Below are positions 9,421-17,058 of a DNA stretch of 17,058 bases, one piece after another (position 1 is the stretch's first letter; every line of letters starts with the position of its first letter). Under the pieces are notes generated by a model. That model was not told the DNA's origin and did no database searches. It worked only from the letters and a program-made list of their open reading frames with translations. A program made the position numbers and the translations under genes. Source of the DNA: Octopus sinensis (Eukaryota); the NCBI RefSeq assembly GCF_006345805.1, contig NW_021824916.1:1-17058 (forward strand). The letters are read 5' to 3'.

Positions 9421-9907
9421 TATATATATGTGTATGTGTGCGTGTATGTGTGTGTGTGTTGTGTGTGTGTGTGTGTGTGTGTGTGTGAGTGTGTGTGTGT
9501 ATTTATATCTACATCTATCTACCTGTTTGCTATTTGCTGTTGTCGATATACTTCAGGATTTCTTCTGAACGTTACCTACCATTTTGTCCTTCGGATTTAA
9601 GGCTGTATTAAGCTCGTTCTGCCTTTGTCCATTGTCTTAAATTACATTTTTTTCTTTTACTTTCGTATGCCTACTTTGTGTCGTTTTGTTTGCATGAGGT
9701 CCATTTCTCTGCACCTTTCACAGGCACCGCCCACACGTGAAGCCCTTAGTCCTATCAATAAAGTGGCAAAACTGACTATTACCATTTTGGTTGATAACTG
9801 ATGAAGAATTAGGGACCCTCTGTGTCTTATACGTATGCGTTTTTTTTTATCTATTGTTATTTATTAACAATGCATTGTTTCATTTATATGTATGTATATA
9901 TATATAT

Positions 9908-10197
9908 GTTAGTTCTTTCTCGAGCCATGCCTGGTTCATAAGGGCCGGTTTCCCAGTTTCCTTGGTGTATAGGTTCCCCACCTGGCCGGGACGCCGGTCC
10001 GTCGCAGGTGAGCTGCAAGATGCAGGAGGAAAGAGTGAGAGTAAGTTGTGGCGAAAGAGTCAGCAGAAGTCTGCTCCTACCTTCTGCCGGAGCCGCGTGG
10101 AGCTTAGGTGCTTCGCTCATAAACACACACCTCACCCGGTCTGAGATTCGAACCCGTGATCCCTCGACCGCGAGTCCGCTGCTCTAACCACTAGGCC

Positions 10198-10200
<3 letters not shown>
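9908..10200 (-). mobile_element. tRNA-derived SINE (family D), apparently full length
   Basis: The - strand has A-box TGGCCTAGTGG and B-box GGTTCGAATCTC, body TGCGACGGACCGGCGTCCC and GAAACCGG, end CTCGAGAAAG. Confidence 0.88.
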
Positions 10201-10253
<53 letters not shown>

Positions 10254-10349
10254 ATGTGTGTGTGTGTGTGTGAGTGTGTGTGTCTGAATGTATTTATGTA
10301 TGCATGGATCGATATATGTTTACATGTTTTGCACAAAATTTTGTATTTC

Positions 10350-10556
10350 TCACCCACCTACCGCTTGACAACCGATGCTGGTTTGTTTATCTCGCTGTAA
10401 CTTATCAATTCGGTAACAGCGAACTGTAGAATACGTAGTAGATTTTTTAAAAATATGTAATGGGGTCGATTTGTTCGACAGAAAAGGTCAAGGTAGTGCT
10501 CCAGTATGGCACCAATCCAATGACTGAAACAAGTAGATGAAAACAGATATCTAATA
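10350..10556 (+). mobile_element. Repeat family E (SINE 3' body), diverged
   Basis: CGCTTGACAACCGATGCTGG...GGGGTCGATTTG...GTGCTCCAGTATGGC...AATGACTGAAACAAGTA. Homologous to 11053-11238 (-) and 11695-11885 (+). Confidence 0.85.
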
Positions 10557-11052
10557 AGCAGTATTAATTTCGTCAGACTTCGAAAGACACTAAGGTAGAA
10601 TCCACTGTGATATGTAACTGTTACGTAACTTAACACAGCTTTAAATGAAGGAATTGCTAAGTAAACACACATTGGAAATTAAGTTGTGGGTGGTGTAGTA
10701 GCATATTTAATTAAATAAACCGAAGCATTCTAATTCGGTCAAATTACGCCCCTAGTAATGAGAAAAAAATATATAAGCCTCGTCATTAAGGCTAATGAAA
10801 AAAGGCACAAGAGAACACATTTTGAAAATTAAGATTAATTAAAATCAATTAAAAAAATTAAATAGGGTAATGGTGAATTGAATGAGTCTGATTATGTTAT
10901 AAAAATAATTCAGTACATTACTAGCAAGCTCGCTTGCTCGACCGCGTGGGACGGGAACATTTATAGAATTGAGTTGCTTCTTGCAAGTGGTTGTGTGAAC
11001 ATGACTAAGGACAACTCCTCAACAAACTTGCTTAACTCTCTCAAATACTCCC

Positions 11053-11238
11053 TTTTACTCTTTTACTTGTTTCAATCATTTGGCTGTGGCCATACTGGAG
11101 CACCGCCTTAAGTCGAGAAAATCGACCCCAGGACTTATTCTTGTGAGCCTAGTACTTATTCTATCGGTCTCTTTTGCCGAATCGCTAAGTTACGGGGATG
11201 TAAACACACCAGCATCAGTTGTCAAGCGATGTTGGGAG
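11053..11238 (-). mobile_element. Repeat family E, best-preserved copy
   Basis: Reverse complement reads CGCTTGACAACTGATGCTGGTGTGTTTACATCCCCGTAACTTAGCGATTCGGCAAAAGAGACCGATAGAATAAGTAC... Confidence 0.88.
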
Positions 11239-11529
11239 GACAAACACCGACACACAAACATATGCATATACATACATACATACATACATACATACATACA
11301 TACATACATACATACATGCATACATACATACATACATATATATATATATAAACAACTTATAAATAAGGGCAAACGAAAAAAATTTTCTAATACCAAATAT
11401 GCCGAAATTAGACACAATTTTTTTCGTTTGACCTTATTTATAAGTTGTTTATAAATTTAACCTTTAAAGGTATTTTTAATATGCTGGCCATTCATAAAAT
11501 TTTTTTCGAGAAAATTTTTATCCTACATT

Positions 11530-11578
<49 letters not shown>

Positions 11579-11590
11579 TATATATATATA

Positions 11591-11640
<50 letters not shown>
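11530..11640. repeat. (TA)n microsatellite
   Basis: Direct reading. Confidence 0.97.
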
Positions 11641-11694
11641 CATAATATATTACGGACATATGCATGTATGTGTCTGTGTTTTTTGTATCCTGCC

Positions 11695-11885
11695 CTACCA
11701 CTTGCACTTGTGTTGGCTTGCTTACATCCCTGTAACTCACGATTCGTCAAAAGGAACCGATAGAAATAATGCCAGACTTTATAAAAAAATAAGTACTGGA
11801 CGCGATATATTTGACTAACACTTTTTAAGGCGGTGTCTCTAAGATGGCCGTCGTCTACAGACGAAAACCAGTAAAAATAAAAGAA
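11695..11885 (+). mobile_element. Repeat family E, strongly diverged copy
   Basis: TTACATCCCTGTAACT..ACCGATAGAAATAA..AAGGCGGTGTCTCTAAGATGGCCG. Confidence 0.75.
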
Positions 11886-12027
11886 AAATGATAAAGATGT
11901 ATTAAGATGAACCAAACAAGTTCGTACCCCATTCTATTTCTGCATAAAATATGTGAAATATTGATATGTAATTTAAAGATTAACCAAGATATATGTATTC
12001 TGTATACACATACATATACATACATAC

Positions 12028-12096
<69 letters not shown>

Positions 12097-12114
12097 CAAT
12101 ATAACAGTAATTAC

Positions 12115-12553
12115 TTGAGTGAAACCTTTGACTCCCTTTAGATTTCGGCTAAATTCTTTAATATTTAGATTAAGTTACTGAGAGTGGCAAAGAATTCTTC
12201 AACTCTTGAATCAACCAGTCATACTATCATTTTGTGTTTGTCTTTTTTTTTGTTTTTTGTTTTTCTCTATTTCGCATCTGTACGTCGTTTCGAATCGACG
12301 ACACATGTAAGTAACCCTGGGCTAATTTTCTTTGTTCTGAAAAATAATCTGAAGGAATTAATCATGTCCATAGCATTTACAACTGGAGGAAGTTCATCAA
12401 ATTTCATTTTCAATAATGACTTTCTTCGTGCAAGTAAATAACTTTCATTTGTCGGTCACTAGGAAATTCCATACATGCAAACATACATACTTGCATACAT
12501 ACATACACACATACAGCACACACACGTATATATATATATATATACATACATAA

Positions 12554-12601
<48 letters not shown>

Positions 12602-12604
12602 TAT

Positions 12605-12638
<34 letters not shown>

Positions 12639-12678
12639 CATATAATATATATATAATATATACATACATATATATATA

Positions 12679-12722
<44 letters not shown>

Positions 12723-13390
12723 ACACACATACACACGTTCACGAAGTGAAAAATGGGTTTTATAAAGATAAATATACAGTCTTCATCTTCAACATAATCA
12801 CGTAAACGACTTTCAAATGACTCTTATAATCTGATATTTTCACCTCTTTTTTTTAATAAAATTACCATTAACTTTATCACATGGAAATTTTATCATTTTC
12901 TAGCTGAGATGAACAGTTGAATACATTGATATCGTTCATTAAACCTGAAAGCAATTTATCCTGACCATATAGTTTCGCATTTCAATACATTAAAAGGTTG
13001 ATTACGCCAACTAAACACAGTAAGAGTCAAATATCCAGTTGTCATCTTATAAAACGGCTCTTTTTTTTTTTCTTTTTCAAGGATCTCATTTTCTCATCTA
13101 CGAAATAAAAGACCTCATTTTGAATTTTCCAAAACATTACTCAGAAGCTGTGCAATAAAAAAAAAGCCGAATGGGTCCCCATATTCCAAATCTAAGATTT
13201 CTTAAATATTCTCTGAATTCACATCTGTTAAGGATTTTTGCTTTAATTTTATTCACGTATTTCACTATCGCTGGCAAAACAAAGTATTAAATTTTTTCCA
13301 CATAACTACAAAAGTAAAATGAAAAGCTTAAATGTTTTCCAAGCAAAGATGAAGTTCAGTGTTTCATCGACGGAGCTCTGTCAGTAGAAA
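12115..13390 (-). pseudogene. Decayed hAT (Charlie/SPIN-like) transposase, C-terminal portion, interrupted by a microsatellite
   Basis: Colinear motifs across frameshifts: STDRAPSM (TDGAPxM; 13365-13388), LCGKNL, IVKYVNKIKAKILNRCEFREYL, LDLEYGD, FWKIQNEVFYFVDEK, DDNWIFD, NAKLYGQDKLLSGLMNDINVF, ESFESRLRDY..IFIKPIF, [microsatellite], RQMKVIYL, LLKMKFDE, RKLAQGY, RFETTYRCE (FGSTYxCE; 12271-12294). Confidence 0.9.
12470..12740. repeat. Compound (CATA)/(TA)n microsatellite inside the hAT relic
   Basis: Direct reading; hAT motifs resume in order on both sides. Confidence 0.95.
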
Positions 13391-13556
13391 ACAGATAAAT
13401 TTATTAAAACTTTGTAGATGTTTTAATTAGTTTTGTCCCACATAGTCCTGGCAGAACACGTGATTCATTTCTCACCCCCAAGAGATAAATAGATGGGTTA
13501 TTGAAACCATTCTTTTAAGCACATCCCTTTACATCTGCCATGCAACGAAAACCAAA

Positions 13557-14045
13557 TGTCCCGAGTCCCTGCCGGCTCCATCTGCCTACCATGTCTTGAA
13601 TCAGTAGTCAGTTATGGTGAGACAGTGTCACATGACAACTTGCTGGGGCTGCCTGCTGGAGCCTAGTGGCAGGTATTTAAAGGGTAAAATTTTGACAAGA
13701 CAGTCAGTCACCGGCTGACACTCGCTGACAATACATCGAAGAGGCCAGGGAACAGAAGAAAGAAGACACGCACCCAACACCAGAGCTGAAGACACCTCCG
13801 AAAGGGAGGAGCCCACCACGTCAAAACGGTAGAGGAGTTGGGGCCGAAACCGGACGTGGTTCCTCCTGATGACGTCTTGAGCTAACTGGATCCTATAAAG
13901 GAGCTGTTGTGGTAGCAGACCACGAAACACGGTTGAAATTCCTCAGATAGATTGAATCACTGGATCATGTACTGATGGAACTCTTTCTTCCTCTCTTTCT
14001 CTCAATCAACACTGGTACTCGTTCATGTTCATGCATATTTGTGGC
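13557..14045 (+). mobile_element. GC-richer block, possibly a solo LTR or pLTR of an unidentified retroelement
   Basis: Sharp compositional contrast with the AT-rich flank, promoter-like motifs and hairpins. No TSD or TG..CA termini could be confirmed. Confidence 0.35.
13627..13709 (+). promoter_or_regulatory. Putative Pol II core promoter: E-box, TATA-like box and initiator
   Basis: GTCACATGAC 13627-13636; TATTTAAA 13674-13681; TCAGTC 13704-13709 with A at 13706, 32 nt after the TATA start. Confidence 0.45.
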
Positions 14046-14094
14046 TACTTGACTACTGGTCTGGGTTTATGTACGTCCCCGTAACTTAGTTCTT

Positions 14095-14335
14095 GGTGTG
14101 TTGCTCTCACTGTCGGAAGATCGGTGTTTCGATTCTCGGATAAGGCGTTGCATTGTGTTCTTGGGCAAAGAAAATTCCTTTCACGATGCTTCAGATAATT
14201 CGAACTGTAAATGATTAACCATTGCGACGGACTGGATTCCCGTTCAGGGGGAAATGTAGAGATTTTGCTCACATAGGGACCATGGAAACCGGGTAACGGG
14301 AACTAGGAGGTTTAAGACTCGAGAGAGTAAGACTA
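14095..14335 (+). mobile_element. Degenerate tRNA-derived SINE related to family D
   Basis: B-box-like GTTTCGATTCTC, TGTGTTCTTGGGCAA, TGCGACGGACTGGATTCCC..CAGGGGGAA, GAAACCGG and CTCGAGAGAG, in the same order as 9908-10200. Confidence 0.7.
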
Positions 14336-14351
14336 AGGAGTTGATCAGGTG

Positions 14352-14428
14352 GATGATGATAACGACGATGACGACGATGATGATGATGGTGGTGATGGTG
14401 ATGATGAGGATGATGGTGGTGGTGGTGT

Positions 14429-14471
<43 letters not shown>

Positions 14472-14808
14472 AATGATGATGATGATAACGACGACGACGA
14501 CGATGATGATAATGATGATGATGATGATGACGACGACGACGGTAGCGACGACGACGACAATGACGATGGTGCTGATTATGATGGTGCTGCTACTGATGAT
14601 GATCATCATCGTCATGATTATGACAACGACAACGACTACGCGACGACGACTACGCCGATGATGATGGTGATGATGATGATGATGATAACGGTGGCGAAGG
14701 CGACTATGTTAACGACGACAACACGATGATGATGACGCTGATGACGCTGATGACGACGATGATGATGATGATGATGATGACGGTGACGACGACGACGACG
14801 ACGACGAC

Positions 14809-14846
<38 letters not shown>

Positions 14847-14870
14847 CGACGATGATGATCATGATGATGA
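14352..14870. repeat. ~520-bp imperfect (GAT/GAC/GGT)n trinucleotide array
   Basis: Direct reading. Confidence 0.97.
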
Positions 14871-14874
14871 AACA

Positions 14875-14990
14875 GGAGTGAGGAAAATACGTACCGGAAT
14901 TTAAAAGAAAAATAAACCTTGGCGTCGATTTAATCAAAGAAAGCTTTCAAAACGCTAACCCAACATGGCTGTAGTCCATCGAGTGATATA
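14875..14990 (+). mobile_element. Degenerate 3' half of repeat family E
   Basis: AAAATAAACCTTGGCGTCGATTT..CCAACATGGCTGTAGTC resembles AATAAGTCCTGGGGTCGATTT..CCAGTATGGCCACAG of the 11053-11238 copy. Confidence 0.5.
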
Positions 14991-15294
14991 TATATACATG
15001 AGTATGTATGTACTGAGCTTATTTTATCAGAGAACTATTAAGCAAGTAAATTTTAAACGTAGATGAGGTTGTCATCAACAGAAAGTTCAGATATCAAATT
15101 TCACAAGATTAAACTACGAATCTGTCTTTAATATCTACTTCCATGCACAATTCAGTCCATATCAAAATCTAAGTAATTCCGATCCGATGAATTTATCAGC
15201 TGCCATCATAACCTGTTGGGCAATTAAAGTCTCAAACAATTTACCCCATACGTTATACCGACCAATAAATTTTCCGAAAATACACGCATAAGCA

Positions 15295-15342
15295 TTATAC
15301 ACGCACACACACGCACCACACACGCACACACACGCACACACA

Positions 15343-15385
<43 letters not shown>

Positions 15386-15530
15386 TCACACACACAGGCA
15401 CACAGACACACACACATATATATATGTATGTATGTATGTATATATGTATGATGTATGTTTATATATACATATATATGCATATATGATATTTATCTTTATA
15501 TGTTATATATATGTGTGTGTGTGTGTGTGT
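15295..15530. repeat. Compound (CA)/(TA)/(TG) microsatellite
   Basis: Direct reading. Confidence 0.93.
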
Positions 15531-16069
15531 GTTTTAGTGTGTATGTATATACACGCATACATACGCGCACAAATTTGTGTGAGAGTGTGCACGTATATTT
15601 TCGTGTGAATACTCTATACATAAATGAATATATATATGAGTATATGTAAATATGTGTATGTATCTAAACGCTCCAATATACATGGCTGTTTGCGTTTATA
15701 TTTGGTTTAAGAGAAATACACTATGCAGATGCACATACACACACACACACACACACAGATATACACACATGCGTGTTATGCTTGTATGTATATTTATAAA
15801 TCTCCATAGCAACATTTACTTTTTTGTATGTAATTGAGTCTAGTTATGTGTATATGCTCGGACGTTAGTTTAATCTAAAGATGAATGTTTATAGGTTAAA
15901 TATCTCATAAATAATTTTAATAACTCCTGTTACCTTAGGTCTTAAATTATAAATATATATAAACATGTGAGTGCGTTTGTATGTGTGTATGGGTGTGTTT
16001 TGGATTCAAGGATAGAATAGAGAATGCGCAGAGCAGCACTAATACAAAAAGAAACTCTACAAAAATACT

Positions 16070-16275
16070 CGATAAAATATTACATGCTATAAACGCCGTA
16101 TATATTCAATCTGCCTTCCAATGTTACCAGGATTTTCCTAAATATTATAAATAAGCATTTCCCCACAGACCATAAATATCATAAAATATTTATTTAAGAA
16201 AAAAAGAAAAAAAATCACGTTAATGTGAGCTACATTTACACGAAAACACTTTGTTGCTACTATACACTGCATAAA
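16070..16275 (+). pseudogene. Penelope-like retroelement fragment (region between RT and endonuclease)
   Basis: R*NITCY / TPYIFNLPSNVTRIFLNIINKHFPTDHKYHKIF / HVNVSY matches the PLE pattern RNIxWxNPPYS..NV..FLxxIxKHFP..HKxHKIFN..VKVSY. Confidence 0.8.
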
Positions 16276-16874
16276 CAGATGCCTATACATTAGAAGCTCT
16301 CATACTTCATCAATACCAGGTCTGTCATGAAAACAATGGTGGATCGAAATACAGGCCTTACTGAAAATTTTACTGGCCTTACTAAAAATTTGTTTAAAAG
16401 CACTTCTTACAACATAAGTACACATTCAGCCGTTTATTCATATGTTCTGTCTCATTCAATCCCCTGACCCCAATGTTTATTTTGTCTGTTCCCGTATCGT
16501 CCCCTCTTTTTCTCAACCTCATGGTTAATAAAAAAAAATTGACTTTTGTAGACGACGGATGACACGGGGAACAAATATCGGGTGTGAAAAAATATATATG
16601 TGTTAGTATTTATGTATGTATTTTGGTATCTACGTACATATATATGAGATGCCTCAAGTAATACCATTTATTTCAAACATGAAGGAGACAACGATTACTG
16701 ATGTGGATAATTCTGGCGCCTTAAAAGTTCTGGTTAACCATCCAAGAGCAGAACAATTCCAAAAAGTAAGATACACCAATTAATTGTCAATCTATCATTC
16801 TCTATAATATAGTGACATTTCTACATCTGAGGTTAATGAGTACTAAGATATCTCCAATGTAATTCGTACACAAA

Positions 16875-16876
16875 CG

Positions 16877-16933
<57 letters not shown>

Positions 16934-16958
16934 CGCAAGGACACACATACACGCACGT

Positions 16959-16993
<35 letters not shown>

Positions 16994-17040
16994 CAAACAA
17001 GTATATGTATGTATATATATATACAGCGATGCATGCACAC
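16875..17040. repeat. Compound (CA)n-(TA)n microsatellite
   Basis: Direct reading. Confidence 0.95.
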
Positions 17041-17058
17041 ACTTGTATATGGTATGTT

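Noticed and set aside
9798-9804. CTGATGA hammerhead core (also CTGACGA on - near 10571 and CTGAAGA at 13786)
   Set aside because: There is no correctly placed stem II-GAAA-stem III partner.
12340-12400. LINE (CR1/L2) C-terminal motif in ELPPVVNAMDMINSF
   Set aside because: It is better explained as part of the colinear hAT dimerisation domain, since FETTYRCE follows.
13628-13930. 100-aa minus-strand ORF in the GC-richer block
   Set aside because: No recognisable domain; this length is expected by chance at this GC level, and the promoter motifs point the other way.
13540-14050. Canonical solo LTR with TG..CA ends and TSD
   Set aside because: None of the TG starts tested (13540, 13557, 13626) had a CA end flanked by a matching 4-5-bp duplication.
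14244-14937. Poly-Asp, poly-Met, poly-Ser and poly-Ile ORFs
   Set aside because: They are alternative frames of the (GAT/GAC)n array, with no unique coding flank or convincing splice context.
9-17042. Most ORFs in the track (YIYI, CVCV, MYVC, HTHT, IHTY peptides)
   Set aside because: They are stop-free translations of (TA)/(TG)/(TATG) microsatellites, not genes.

Overview
This is non-coding, repeat-saturated eukaryotic DNA. The SINE families and microsatellite load look like a cephalopod, probably Octopus (inference from the repeats). No intact protein-coding gene, rRNA, true tRNA or CRISPR array is supported, and nearly all ORFs in the track are microsatellite artefacts. The window holds: (i) many compound (TA)/(TG)/(TATG)/(GA) microsatellites, a ~520-bp (GAT/GAC) array and a 20-bp minisatellite; (ii) about five tRNA-derived SINE-type families, one forming ~184-bp head-to-tail multimers; (iii) decayed transposon coding relics found by hand translation: hAT (well supported), two Penelope-like (PLE) pieces including a GIY-YIG endonuclease, and weaker pogo/Tigger and piggyBac pieces; (iv) hammerhead-ribozyme-like motifs at 685-720 and 967-990; (v) an unexplained GC-richer block (13557-14045) with an E-box/TATA/Inr promoter arrangement followed by a structured segment resembling a degenerate type III hammerhead. 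All protein and RNA family assignments are by-eye motif matches, not database results.
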